Positions 37,252 to 47,971 of a DNA stretch of 64,000 nucleotides are shown here, piece after piece. The first letter of the stretch is position 1. The number at the start of each line of letters is the position of its first letter. Both the position numbers and the translations under genes were made by a program. Location: IMG/VR virus record IMGVR_UViG_3300025840_004398. One strand, 5' to 3'. This stretch comes from a virus (lineage: Duplodnaviria; Caudoviricetes). The notes beneath the pieces were generated by a model. It was not told the DNA's origin. It did not search any database and saw nothing but the letters and a program-made list of their open reading frames with translations.

Positions 37252-40200
37252 ATGGCTATAATAAAATCTTTTGCTTCTTTTCAGAACTTATCAAACTATC
37301 AAGTATATGTTAATGATACAGAATCAAATTCTGAATATTTTAGAATTACCGAGTTTCAAGAAACGTTTACTGGTGGTAAAAATGGATTCTTAATTGAAGG
37401 TTCTGATTATTTAAAAGAAACAACAGAAGTTAAAATTGAAATATTAGATGTAGAGGGTAATCCTATATACTTCGAACCTGGTGATGGTATTCCTGAATAT
37501 TATGAAGGAAACTCTAAATTGGTTTCTGTTCATGTATATGATGATACTCCAATTGGTATTGGTAAAATTACTATTTTAGGAGAGCTTAAAGATTGGAACA
37601 ACAATGGACTTCGTTCACCAATACCTTCCGAATGGAGAGGTATATATAATGTCAAGTGGGAAAGACAATTTAATATTAATAAAAATCTTTCCAACGAAAC
37701 TATTGTAAGATTTTACAAAAGACCAATAGTTTCAATTACAGAATTGGTAAAACCAATTTTTTCAAAAACAATAGAAACTGTAACGGATAATTCGAGTACT
37801 GTTACAGGTGTTCCTCAAATTCCATCTCTTAATACTGATATATCTTCTTGGAGAGCTGGAACGAACTTTAAATTAATAAGAAGTAGTGGTTCTTGGGATA
37901 GAGATGTAGATGAAAATATAATAACAGTATCTTTGGATGATGGTACTACCTATACACCAAGAATTATTGAAGTTTTAAACGATAGAGAAGTTCTTGTAGA
38001 TGTTCCATATACTGAAGATTCGTTAGTCAAATCTTTTGTATCACAATCTTATTCTGTAACTTATACTGATTTTCAAAATGAAACTATTGGTGAAACATCA
38101 TTGACGGGTTCTTTTGCAAAAATAAACATGACTCAACTTAAAACATTCGTTGGAGATGTTGCAAGAGTAAAGGTGTTTAGAAAATCAAGAAATGCAGTAG
38201 GTGATTTTCAATTTGTACAGGAGTCTAAATTAGAATCAAGTGAATTACTTAGAGATGTAACTACAACGTCTAACACAGAATTGTCTTATGGTAGATTTGA
38301 TGAAACAAATTTATCTACATATTGGATATCATCATCTGCAGACCACCCAATATCAGTAGACTCATCAGTTTTATCTCAGGCGGTAAAAGTTGATTATAAT
38401 GATGATAGTGGAAGTGTACAAAAATTAATAACTTCTCAGTCTTTTGATATATCAAAAGATGTAGAATATACTCTTTCATTTAAAACTTTATTAAACGGAA
38501 CTCCCTCTACATCAAAAACTTTAAAGGCATATTTTAGTGGTTCGTTTTTAAATGGTGATGGTAATAATAGTTCCTTTACACAATCTTTTGTTGATATCGA
38601 GGGAACTTCAATATACAAAACAAGACAAAATATTTCTGAAAATTTATTGGCTGAACGAACCATTTCTGATGTAAAACTTGTATTTGAGTTTAAAGGAGAT
38701 GATTGGTATATTTCTAACGCTTCTTTAAAAAATGCACAAGATACATCTTTTTCACCTGATGAATTTACTTTAATACAAGATATACCAAGAAAAACTGCAT
38801 CTGAAACATTTGATTTTAGATTTGAGTTTTACGATATAAATAATAACTATATACCAGTCGATGTAACTGCGGTCGGTGTATTTGATGGTGGTAATGATTT
38901 CCCATCAAGTGGAAAATTACTAACCTTTGAATCGGATAGAAATGCGTTTAGATTCTCAAGTGGTTCTATTGCTAGTCCTATAAATCAAACTATTCAATTT
39001 AAAACAACACAAAATAATTTAACTGGTTCCATATTATTTACATCCCAAGCTTTTGACGTTGGTGGAAATTTAATTACATCTCAATCATATCATGATAGTG
39101 GTGCTTTAGTATATGGTTCAAATTGGACAGGTTCTTACCCTGGTTTATTAACCAATATAACATCAGCTGGTTCTTTGGTTACAATATCTAATTTTAGTGG
39201 TAGTTTAGATACTCAGAATGTTCCTTCTGAAAGTATAATTAGGGTAGGTTCTATTGTTTATACCGCTTCATTAGAAAATTTACAAGAGTTTGAAACGGTA
39301 TATCGTTTAGAAGATGGTGATAATGCACCTCAACTTATCGTAACTTCTAACGCAAACCAATTCATATATGAACCAACAACTCTTTCACCAAAACCAAGTG
39401 GACAAAGTATAACTGTAAGGGCACAAAGGAAAAACTTAGCTTCTTTGGTAACACCCCTCACTGTTAATAGTGGGAGTATTGCGCCTCTAACTTATGTGGA
39501 TACTGTAAATGGAATTGATACATATACCATTTCTGCATTACAATTTTCAGAATCATTTCACGCAAACTCATTTGATGAGGTAACTTATTCGTTTACTGGT
39601 TCTGATGTATTTGGTAATCAACAAACAGACGAGATTACACTTTCTAAGGTTATTAATTTTGATGGTGTGTCTATTGTTCTTTCAAATGAATCAACTGCCT
39701 TTCCCGCAAATTCAACGGGTGAAGTGGTTGGTGGATTTGATGCATCAAGTGGTTCGGTTCAAATGTATATTGGTGGAACTCAAATTCAACATGATGATGA
39801 AATTGGTGGAAGAACAAAAAATACATTTAATATAACATCATCAATTGGTACGAATGTAACACCAACAGATACTACACCAAATACTTCAGATTATTCTATT
39901 TCTGATTTTGAAACAACAAAAGATAGTGGTTCTTTATTACTTACTATTGATTATTTGGCCGGTGATAACTCAACAACTCAATCATTTCAAAAGGTTGTAT
40001 CTTATACAAAAGCCAAAAAAGCATCACCAACTGTTGCTGCTTTTCTTTCACCACAATCACAGACAATAGATTCTGGTTCTACTGTATCTCCTATAACACT
40101 AAGTGTTACTGAGGGAATATCTTCACTAACATCTGTTAATACAAATCCATCAAGTAATTCGTCATACTCGGCATCGATAGATAATTCAAATTGGAGTTGG

Positions 40201-42816
40201 AATTATTCAACAGAAACATTTACAAGAACAGGAAGTCCATCTTTGGGTGAAAGTGGTAGTGTTAATGTAACATATATAGATTCCGAAGGTCAGGGTAATA
40301 CAATTAATTTAGAATTTTCAGTTGGTGTTTCGAAACAAGGTCGAGATGGTGCTGGAGCCGCTAACATTGAATTTTTTCCACAAAGTCAACAACTTATAGT
40401 AGATATAGATGGAAATTATACACCAGACCCCCCTTCACCTGTAAGTATGTCTGTTATTCAAGGTGGAAGTGAGTACACATATGTTCCTTACGATGGTTCG
40501 TCTGTTACTTCTACTTTATCTAGCAATTCTACATATACAATTACAAATGTTCAAAATGGTCAGTATACATCAAACGGACATATACAACCTTCCTCTCCTA
40601 TTTCTAACTCACCTTATGTTACTTCATTTGGAGTAACGTATAAGGATAATGATGGGAGTATATCGGATACTATTACTAAAAAACATTACATAAACATCGT
40701 TGCTGATGGTTCAACGGGACCTGGTATCGTATTTACCGGTCCTTGGGTGAGTTCACGGGTTTATCAATATGATATATCAAATGGGAGACGAGATGCGGTG
40801 TTATATGGTGGTAGATATTATGCTACTTTACAATCTGGAGCTGGAAACACTCCGGCTCAAGGAGGAACTTCGTATTGGCAAGATTTGGGTACTGAAGATT
40901 TCTTTGTTGCCGCTAAAATTGGTATATTTGAAGAATCATTCATTCAAGAAACCTTAAATATAGGTTCAAACAATAGTGGTGCTTTATCTGCTGCAAATAT
41001 AACACTAAGGGGAGGTACTCAATATCCATATATGTCTATTGGACAGTCTGCAAACGTAGGCTCTCAAGGATATGCGGTGGGTGATGGTATTTTTATAGGA
41101 GCAGATACAGATGGTGCTTATAAAATGTCTATGGAAAATAGTGTTAGTGGAAACTATATAAAATGGACAGGAAGTGAACTAGATATAAGAGGAAAAATAA
41201 CAGCTACCTCCGGACAGATATTATCAGGTGTTACGATTGGTGGTACTGATGTGGATAATCTTCTTTTTGATGGTGATGCAGCTGCAGATGTTAATGCAAA
41301 TACCACAACCATAGAGGGTGATAAGATACGAACCGGTAATATTCAATCGAATTCTTATAGTGGTGTAACAAATGGTAGTGCATTTGCAACTAGTGGAACC
41401 AATATAAATTTAACAGATGGTACGTTTACATCACCTTCTTTTAGAATAGATTCGGTGGGTGATGCATATTTTGCAGGAAATATTTCTGCTGGAGCAAATA
41501 TTACGGGTGCTAGTATTAATGGTGGTACTGTAACAGGTACAACCTTTAGTGGTGCGACGGGTACATTTAGTGGAAACATTACTTCCGATACTGGTAATAT
41601 TGGAGGATGGACAATTGCAGGTAATCAAATTTATAGAACAAATGAAATTTATCTAAATGCAAACAGACCTGCTATTGAGGTTCATGATGGAACTACTATT
41701 CGTGTTGATATAAACTCTGCAGCAGCATTATCTCCAAGAGGTTCAACATCAGCGGGTAGTGTTACTGTAACAGAATCAGGTGGTACTGACCAATACACAG
41801 CATTACAAAGTTTTAGTAACCAATATACCTTTAGTGGAACATTAAATGAAACTTATGATGGAGGTACAATTAGTACATCAGGATTAAGTGGACAAACCTT
41901 AACATTTGCATATGGTGGAATCGATTCCCAAACAAGTACTTCTGATAGAAGTTTACAAGCTTGGTTAGATTTAAATAATATTGGAGGTAATACTTCTACT
42001 TATTACATAACTGTGGGTCAAGCTTATTTTGATGCATATGTAAAACTTGAGTTAGTAGATAGTGGTAATAACATAGCAGCATCTTTTACTCAATATATAT
42101 TTAATGGAACTTCAGCGGATTTGGTGGGTAGTACCCAAGGACAAACTAATGTACAACGAAATATGTATGCTACACCGAGTTCCCTTGGTCCTCAATCAAC
42201 AACTTTTACCGCAAATGGTGGAACTTATACTGTTAGAGCTAGAGTTTATTGTTCTTTTACTGTTGACCTTTATGCAAGTTCATTTAACCCAAGTGGGTAT
42301 ATAGCTGATTTAACAATTGATGTAAAAACGGCAGGATATTCGAACGCACGAGTTTTTAAAGAAGTATCTTATTCTGAATTGAATGGTGGGGGATTACAGG
42401 TTATTAGAACCACTACTGAATTTGTTAAGATGGATAGAACCTCAACTGGTACGATGTTGGAAGTTGGTGGTAATATAACTGCTACTGGTAACATTACCGC
42501 GTATTACTCATCTGATAAAAGATTAAAAGATAATTTAATTCCTATTCAAAATCCATTTGATAAAATAAACAAAATTGGTGGATATGAATTTGATTGGAAG
42601 CCGGAATATGAAGAAGTACATAACTCAAAAGGACATGATGTTGGTGTGATTGCACAAGAAATTGAAACATCAATGCCAGAATTAGTTGGTAAGATGCATG
42701 GTGGGTATATGGGTGTAAAATATGAAAAATTAACTGTATATCTTTTAGAAGCTGTAAAAAATCTAAATAATAGATTGATTGAACTTGAAGAAGAAAATAA
42801 AAAATTAAAAGGATAA
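37252..42816 (+). CDS. giant tail fibre/spike protein with C-terminal intramolecular chaperone (peptidase S74)
   Basis: SDKRLKDNL..KIGGYEFDW..GVIAQEIE..PELV..coiled coil; CBM5/12-like GPWVSSRVY..AVLYGGRYY..SYWQ; S/T/G-rich beta-helical region. Confidence 0.85.
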   Translation: MAIIKSFASFQNLSNYQVYVNDTESNSEYFRITEFQETFTGGKNGFLIEGSDYLKETTEVKIEILDVEGNPIYFEPGDGIPEYYEGNSKLVSVHVYDDTPIGIGKITILGELKDWNNNGLRSPIPSEWRGIYNVKWERQFNINKNLSNETIVRFYKRPIVSITELVKPIFSKTIETVTDNSSTVTGVPQIPSLNTDISSWRAGTNFKLIRSSGSWDRDVDENIITVSLDDGTTYTPRIIEVLNDREVLVDVPYTEDSLVKSFVSQSYSVTYTDFQNETIGETSLTGSFAKINMTQLKTFVGDVARVKVFRKSRNAVGDFQFVQESKLESSELLRDVTTTSNTELSYGRFDETNLSTYWISSSADHPISVDSSVLSQAVKVDYNDDSGSVQKLITSQSFDISKDVEYTLSFKTLLNGTPSTSKTLKAYFSGSFLNGDGNNSSFTQSFVDIEGTSIYKTRQNISENLLAERTISDVKLVFEFKGDDWYISNASLKNAQDTSFSPDEFTLIQDIPRKTASETFDFRFEFYDINNNYIPVDVTAVGVFDGGNDFPSSGKLLTFESDRNAFRFSSGSIASPINQTIQFKTTQNNLTGSILFTSQAFDVGGNLITSQSYHDSGALVYGSNWTGSYPGLLTNITSAGSLVTISNFSGSLDTQNVPSESIIRVGSIVYTASLENLQEFETVYRLEDGDNAPQLIVTSNANQFIYEPTTLSPKPSGQSITVRAQRKNLASLVTPLTVNSGSIAPLTYVDTVNGIDTYTISALQFSESFHANSFDEVTYSFTGSDVFGNQQTDEITLSKVINFDGVSIVLSNESTAFPANSTGEVVGGFDASSGSVQMYIGGTQIQHDDEIGGRTKNTFNITSSIGTNVTPTDTTPNTSDYSISDFETTKDSGSLLLTIDYLAGDNSTTQSFQKVVSYTKAKKASPTVAAFLSPQSQTIDSGSTVSPITLSVTEGISSLTSVNTNPSSNSSYSASIDNSNWSWNYSTETFTRTGSPSLGESGSVNVTYIDSEGQGNTINLEFSVGVSKQGRDGAGAANIEFFPQSQQLIVDIDGNYTPDPPSPVSMSVIQGGSEYTYVPYDGSSVTSTLSSNSTYTITNVQNGQYTSNGHIQPSSPISNSPYVTSFGVTYKDNDGSISDTITKKHYINIVADGSTGPGIVFTGPWVSSRVYQYDISNGRRDAVLYGGRYYATLQSGAGNTPAQGGTSYWQDLGTEDFFVAAKIGIFEESFIQETLNIGSNNSGALSAANITLRGGTQYPYMSIGQSANVGSQGYAVGDGIFIGADTDGAYKMSMENSVSGNYIKWTGSELDIRGKITATSGQILSGVTIGGTDVDNLLFDGDAAADVNANTTTIEGDKIRTGNIQSNSYSGVTNGSAFATSGTNINLTDGTFTSPSFRIDSVGDAYFAGNISAGANITGASINGGTVTGTTFSGATGTFSGNITSDTGNIGGWTIAGNQIYRTNEIYLNANRPAIEVHDGTTIRVDINSAAALSPRGSTSAGSVTVTESGGTDQYTALQSFSNQYTFSGTLNETYDGGTISTSGLSGQTLTFAYGGIDSQTSTSDRSLQAWLDLNNIGGNTSTYYITVGQAYFDAYVKLELVDSGNNIAASFTQYIFNGTSADLVGSTQGQTNVQRNMYATPSSLGPQSTTFTANGGTYTVRARVYCSFTVDLYASSFNPSGYIADLTIDVKTAGYSNARVFKEVSYSELNGGGLQVIRTTTEFVKMDRTSTGTMLEVGGNITATGNITAYYSSDKRLKDNLIPIQNPFDKINKIGGYEFDWKPEYEEVHNSKGHDVGVIAQEIETSMPELVGKMHGGYMGVKYEKLTVYLLEAVKNLNNRLIELEEENKKLKG

Positions 42817-42819
42817 GAA

Positions 42820-45800
42820 ATGCCATTACCAAGCGAAGGTGAATTGAGTATAAAGGATTTACAACAAGAGGCAACCATACCAGATGGTAATACGAATACT
42901 TTTGTTGAAATGGCAGAAGTATATGATATTGATAACTTCAACGTAAATTCACCTCAGGATATTGTACTTGCCGATGATTTTTATGGAGAAGAAGTAAACC
43001 TAACCGCTACATCTATTACATTAAATCCAACTTTATTAACATTTCCTTCGTCTGGTGGTAATCTTACAACTAATTTGAGTTTAAATGGGTTTGCTTTAAT
43101 GGTTGGTAAACCAGGTTGGTTAACAACAGAAAAAACTTATCTTAAAACATCAGATGCGGGTTCAATACAATTTACGGCAACTGAAAATAGTTTTTTAGGT
43201 GCTTCTCCCAGAAGTAAATCCATTCAGTTTATAGGACAAAGTTCCAATGTTTATGGAACGTTAATTGTATCCCAAAGTGGAAATCCAGTTGAAATATCAT
43301 TAACTCCATCAAATTCACAAACAATTGCAGCCAACACAACAACATTTACTCAAGATGTTACAGTAACAAATCCTTTGGAGGTTTTTGGTTCTGTAACTGG
43401 TAGTGGGTTTACTTTATCTTCACCATCAGTAACTAATCTTGGAAGTACAAGTAGATATCGATTTACTTTAACTCAGAGTGTAAATACAGGTGGTGTTAGA
43501 CAAGCTGAATTAAATTTTGATATTACTGGTTCAAATTTTATACAACAAAGAAGTGTCACACACACCCAATCAGCATTTGCCGCAAATGTAAGTGTATCAC
43601 CTACATCATTTGATTTTAATATTAATGGAGAAACTAAATTATTTGTAGTAACCGCAAATACTGATTGGGAAGTTTTTACAAGTGGAGGTGATTCTACTGC
43701 ATTCGAAACATCCATTACATCAGTTAGTTCTGGATTTTCTACCACAACAAAAAATGGTACAGGTAATGGAACAAATCAAACTTATAATGTTTGGGTAAAG
43801 GTAGGTAATAATAGTGCGGGTGGTACAAATGATAGGAGTACTACATTAGTAGTAAGAGAAAGACCTTGGAGTGGTGGTGGTGCTTTTGGAAATGCATCAT
43901 TAACACAAGATGGAAATCCATTACCATCGTTTACATACGCCAATGCGCAGGTTAGTGGGTTTTCAGTTGCAACTAATGGTGCAGTAACTGCACCTACTTC
44001 TGCTAATGGAACTCCAATATCAGTTACATATAGTACTGGATATAGTAACGGAAGTTTTCCTGCTCCTGTGTCTAGTAATACAACAAGATATGCTTATGTA
44101 AATGCTACTGTTCCTTCTACTGGGTATTCAAATTCCGGTGGTACTGTATCAGGTACTGAATCAGCTACACAATTAGTTCCTCAAGAATTTATAACAATTG
44201 CATCAAGTACAGGTACAGGTGTGTCTGGTCAAGGAGAAAATTTTCAGATTACTGTTGATACTGAAGATTCTTTAAGTACTCAATGGACTGCAGAAATATC
44301 ATATGCAAATCCATCCAATAGTTCTAATTGGGTACAGCTCGCTGCAGGTGCACAGGGAACTGGAGATGGTTATTTTTTCGTAACGGTCTCTGGTAACTAT
44401 TCTGGTCAACCAGGATACAACGGTTCAACACGATATTTTGATATTAGAGTTTATAAGAATAATGATTATTATGGTCTTTTTGATTCTATATCCTTTAGCC
44501 AGTCTACTGGTACACCTCCTGTAGCGAAACCAACATTTTCAGTAACACCTTCTTCTGCTTCTTGGACATACTCTCAATCGGGTACAGGAGCTGCTAAAAT
44601 ATTTACTGCTGCGTATACAGGTGGAAACCCACCAACATCGGTTAGTTTTTATATATCTGGTACTTATTTTGCATTGAAACAATATGACCAAAATGTACCC
44701 TTAGCATTTACTGGACCGCCATGGGTTGCACAGGCAACAAACACAAGTGGTATTTCATCATACAGTGTTCAAGTCTACCCTGTAAATCAAAATAGTAATG
44801 TTGCTGATAATACTGAAAGTATGTCAGTTAGTATGGGTAATTCTGGTGGGAGTAATTCGGTATCGGTTCCTCTTACTCATTCAGGTCAAAGAACATGGAG
44901 TGTATCTCCAACATCAATAACTGTTGATTATTCAACTGGTAATTCTACTGTTACACTAACTACAAATTTAAGTTGGTCAGCTGTTTTAGACCCTGGAAGT
45001 TATTCATCATTTGCGTTGTCGGGTGGTAATAGTCAAACTGGTACAGGTAATAAATCTTTTTTGATTACAAGGGGAACTAATAATAGGTCAGCTGATGTAA
45101 CGGGTACACTAACACTAACCTCAACAACCTCAGGTACCAGCGAATCAACAACAATTAGTTTAACACAAAACCCTGAACCTCCTGATTTGCAGTTAGGAAT
45201 TAACACAAGTACTACTTCTACTACTGCTTTATATCAAATAACCCCCTCAACAAATGGCCAATCATATTCTTTATATGTAAAACACGACCCATCCCGTAGT
45301 GGAACTGTTACTTTTAGTATTACTTATGAAAATAGTCCTCATGTTGGATTGGCTACTTATTCAGCAACAACATCAGGAGCTGGGGGGAATGTGATTACCG
45401 CAACCGTTTCTGGAACGAATGTTATTCGATATCTTAACTTTGCTTCAAACCCAACTAATAGTACCCGAGAGGCGATTACACGAATATCATCTAATATAGC
45501 TTCAAATACAATTCAAATAAATTCATCATATGGTTCGGGTGGTGCTGAGTGTATATTAAAGGGAACAAAAGTAAAATTAGCAGATGGTAGTTTGATTAAC
45601 GTTGAAGAACTTAATATAGGTCAAATCTTATTTAGTAAGTTGGTTGATACGATGCCAATAAAAAATGAAGAGGATGCATTATCTTGGGTATCCGAAGATT
45701 TATCAATATCAGATGATGAAGTTTCTTTAGTTGGAATGACCCTTTATAAAGTTGAAAATATTTATAATTTTAATAGTGGGTTGATAAAAACAACACCCGA

Positions 45801-46023
45801 CCATTTACATTTTGTTAAAAAACAAAATTTATATCAAGTTGTAAAAGCTCAAAGTGTTTTCGTGGGAGATTACCTAATAAAAGAAGATGGTACAGAAGTT
45901 GAAATAATATCGAAAATATTAGAAACAGGATATTATACTGTTTATAAATTAGATGTAGAGGAAAATGATTTATTTATAGCTAATGGATTAATAACACATA
46001 ACGCTAAAGGAATAGAGGTGTAA
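42820..46023 (+). CDS. fibre-associated adhesin: BACON-like domain array plus C-terminal Hint domain
   Basis: N-terminus MPLPSEGELSIKDL; repeated VSPTS..(G)..VTLTTN..W units; Hint from CILKGTKV (45550) through TPDH to FIANGLITHN (46002), then AKGIEV-stop. Confidence 0.8.
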   Translation: MPLPSEGELSIKDLQQEATIPDGNTNTFVEMAEVYDIDNFNVNSPQDIVLADDFYGEEVNLTATSITLNPTLLTFPSSGGNLTTNLSLNGFALMVGKPGWLTTEKTYLKTSDAGSIQFTATENSFLGASPRSKSIQFIGQSSNVYGTLIVSQSGNPVEISLTPSNSQTIAANTTTFTQDVTVTNPLEVFGSVTGSGFTLSSPSVTNLGSTSRYRFTLTQSVNTGGVRQAELNFDITGSNFIQQRSVTHTQSAFAANVSVSPTSFDFNINGETKLFVVTANTDWEVFTSGGDSTAFETSITSVSSGFSTTTKNGTGNGTNQTYNVWVKVGNNSAGGTNDRSTTLVVRERPWSGGGAFGNASLTQDGNPLPSFTYANAQVSGFSVATNGAVTAPTSANGTPISVTYSTGYSNGSFPAPVSSNTTRYAYVNATVPSTGYSNSGGTVSGTESATQLVPQEFITIASSTGTGVSGQGENFQITVDTEDSLSTQWTAEISYANPSNSSNWVQLAAGAQGTGDGYFFVTVSGNYSGQPGYNGSTRYFDIRVYKNNDYYGLFDSISFSQSTGTPPVAKPTFSVTPSSASWTYSQSGTGAAKIFTAAYTGGNPPTSVSFYISGTYFALKQYDQNVPLAFTGPPWVAQATNTSGISSYSVQVYPVNQNSNVADNTESMSVSMGNSGGSNSVSVPLTHSGQRTWSVSPTSITVDYSTGNSTVTLTTNLSWSAVLDPGSYSSFALSGGNSQTGTGNKSFLITRGTNNRSADVTGTLTLTSTTSGTSESTTISLTQNPEPPDLQLGINTSTTSTTALYQITPSTNGQSYSLYVKHDPSRSGTVTFSITYENSPHVGLATYSATTSGAGGNVITATVSGTNVIRYLNFASNPTNSTREAITRISSNIASNTIQINSSYGSGGAECILKGTKVKLADGSLINVEELNIGQILFSKLVDTMPIKNEEDALSWVSEDLSISDDEVSLVGMTLYKVENIYNFNSGLIKTTPDHLHFVKKQNLYQVVKAQSVFVGDYLIKEDGTEVEIISKILETGYYTVYKLDVEENDLFIANGLITHNAKGIEV

Positions 46024-46039
46024 AATTTATAATAATATA

Positions 46040-46047
46040 TATTTATA
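46040..46047 (+). promoter_or_regulatory. TATTTATA candidate late promoter
   Basis: 22 nt before ATG 46062. Confidence 0.6.
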
Positions 46048-46061
46048 TAAAAGGTTGTGTA

Positions 46062-47111
46062 ATGGGAAAAGTAATACTAGTAACAACAGGATGTGGTAAT
46101 ACTGTTGTAGGTGGGGCAGATATATGGGTTAATAATTTTTTAAAAGAAGTGTGGACTAAACTTGATAATAAAAAAAATTATAAACTCCTTATAGATTCGA
46201 AAAGACCGAATTCTTTCGAAGAAAAAAGTTTACCAAAAGGAATTGACTTTAATTTTCATCATGAAAATCCTGAAAAAACGGATGAGTGGTGTAAGTCTGC
46301 TTCTTGGATTCACTTCCTACATCCACATTATCATCCACGACCTCACTTACTAAAGTATGAAGATAAATTTGGAATATGCTTTGTTCATGCATATCCAAGA
46401 GATATGAAATCCATTATAAACAATCTACCTGAAATAAGTAAATTACAACTATCTACAAGTGTAGATGAAAAATGGTATGATGAATTTCTTTTAACTTGCA
46501 AGAGAAGAATATGGATTGGGTTGAATTCCAAAACCACATTATTTAAAAATTTTCCAAATTATACATATCTTTTACCTAACTACTATGAGTTTAGAGGACC
46601 TGCATCTCTGACAACAAATGTTTCTAATGGTGCGGTTGGATATGCCGCTAGAATAGAAACAAGAAAGTGTTTTCATTGGATGCATGGAATAAATGAAGGA
46701 TTTGCCTTGACTAGCTCAAGGGATGTTGAAAATTTAAAATCAGTCACTAGATTTACATTTAAAACAACCGATGTTTATGAGTGGAATCCAAATATACACA
46801 AAGCTTTCATGACTAAAAATTGGGGAATTTTTCATGGAGCATATTTTAGAGAACCATTTGGTTATTCTATTTTTGAAGCAGTAGATTATGGAAAAATACC
46901 AATAATAAACACAGATTGGGCACCAGAAGTTGATTACAAATATCGAGCATCAACGAAAAACGAATTTGATAATTCTATTAAACAAATTTTAAAAGATTCT
47001 CAGCAAACTCGTGTAGAAGAAAGAAATAAGTTGATTCAATTTATGAAAAAATTCGATAACAAAAAAGAATGGGTTGACCAAATTCGTTCACAACTTTTAT
47101 CTTTTTATTAA
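46062..47111 (+). CDS. GT-B glycosyltransferase (GT4-like)
   Basis: VGGADIWV N-terminal motif; REPFGYSIFEAV (EX7E). Confidence 0.75.
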   Translation: MGKVILVTTGCGNTVVGGADIWVNNFLKEVWTKLDNKKNYKLLIDSKRPNSFEEKSLPKGIDFNFHHENPEKTDEWCKSASWIHFLHPHYHPRPHLLKYEDKFGICFVHAYPRDMKSIINNLPEISKLQLSTSVDEKWYDEFLLTCKRRIWIGLNSKTTLFKNFPNYTYLLPNYYEFRGPASLTTNVSNGAVGYAARIETRKCFHWMHGINEGFALTSSRDVENLKSVTRFTFKTTDVYEWNPNIHKAFMTKNWGIFHGAYFREPFGYSIFEAVDYGKIPIINTDWAPEVDYKYRASTKNEFDNSIKQILKDSQQTRVEERNKLIQFMKKFDNKKEWVDQIRSQLLSFY

Positions 47112-47139
47112 ATTTATTTACGTTTCATATATTTTTATA

Positions 47140-47147
47140 TATTTATA
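47140..47147 (+). promoter_or_regulatory. TATTTATA candidate late promoter heading the modification operon
   Basis: Followed by a G5-TA-G6 tract and ATG 47192. Confidence 0.55.
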
Positions 47148-47191
47148 TACAAGGGGGTAGGGGGGTTAGTTATAAGCACTAAAAACAAAAA

Positions 47192-47971
47192 ATGAGTATT
47201 CTTAATAAAGATTTTATAAAAGACTTTATAACCCATAACTTAAGCACTAAGGTTGATTCGAATGGAAAGGAATATACCGAACACACTCCAATCAAGTATA
47301 GATGGACTCATGGTGCAACTGAATATAGTTTGGGTGATGGATTATTAGTTTATTCTGTAATCCACTATCTTCGTGCCAAAGTTTGTGTATGTCTTGGAAG
47401 TGGTGGGGGATTCATTCCAAGAATAATGACTCAATCGAGGTTTGACCTTTTTGATGCAAAAATATTTGAAGGGAACAATGATATAAATTGGGGAGATATA
47501 GGTTCAACTTATTTGGTAGATGCTGATAATGGTGTTGGTGGTTTTACTGATTGGACTGATGAAAATTCTTATTATAGAAAACACTTTGACCCAAGATTAC
47601 TTCTAACAACTACCGAAGAAGCATATTACAACTTTTTCGTAAAAGAAGATATTAAAATTGATTACCTTCACATAGATGCTGGACATACATACGAGGATGT
47701 AAAAAATGATTTTGAATTATATTCTCAATTACTTCAACCACATGGTATAATTTCAATTCACGATACTGATTCATCATTTGAAAAAGAACATATAGTAACC
47801 GCGGATATTAGAGATGGATATCACCAAGAATATGCCGAAGGACCTTCTAAACTAATTAAAGAATTAAAAGAAAATAAAGATTGGGAAGTATTTAACTTTT
47901 TCAATAATGGTATATTTAAAAGTAAACCAGCATCAACAGGTCTAACATTCGTTCAAAGATGCAAAATATAA
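47192..47971 (+). CDS. class I SAM-dependent methyltransferase (Methyltransf_24-like)
   Basis: VCLGSGGGF motif I; IDYLHIDAGHTYEDV..D; GIISIHDT. Confidence 0.85.
   Translation: MSILNKDFIKDFITHNLSTKVDSNGKEYTEHTPIKYRWTHGATEYSLGDGLLVYSVIHYLRAKVCVCLGSGGGFIPRIMTQSRFDLFDAKIFEGNNDINWGDIGSTYLVDADNGVGGFTDWTDENSYYRKHFDPRLLLTTTEEAYYNFFVKEDIKIDYLHIDAGHTYEDVKNDFELYSQLLQPHGIISIHDTDSSFEKEHIVTADIRDGYHQEYAEGPSKLIKELKENKDWEVFNFFNNGIFKSKPASTGLTFVQRCKI

Noticed and set aside
45550-46002. Classical mobile intein
   Set aside because: No homing endonuclease, the +1 residue is Ala, and the C-extein is only six residues; treated as an autoprocessing Hint domain instead.
37252-46023. Diversity-generating retroelement acting on the fibre genes
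   Set aside because: No reverse transcriptase in the window, and I saw no template/variable repeat pair differing at adenines. I cannot exclude elements outside the window.
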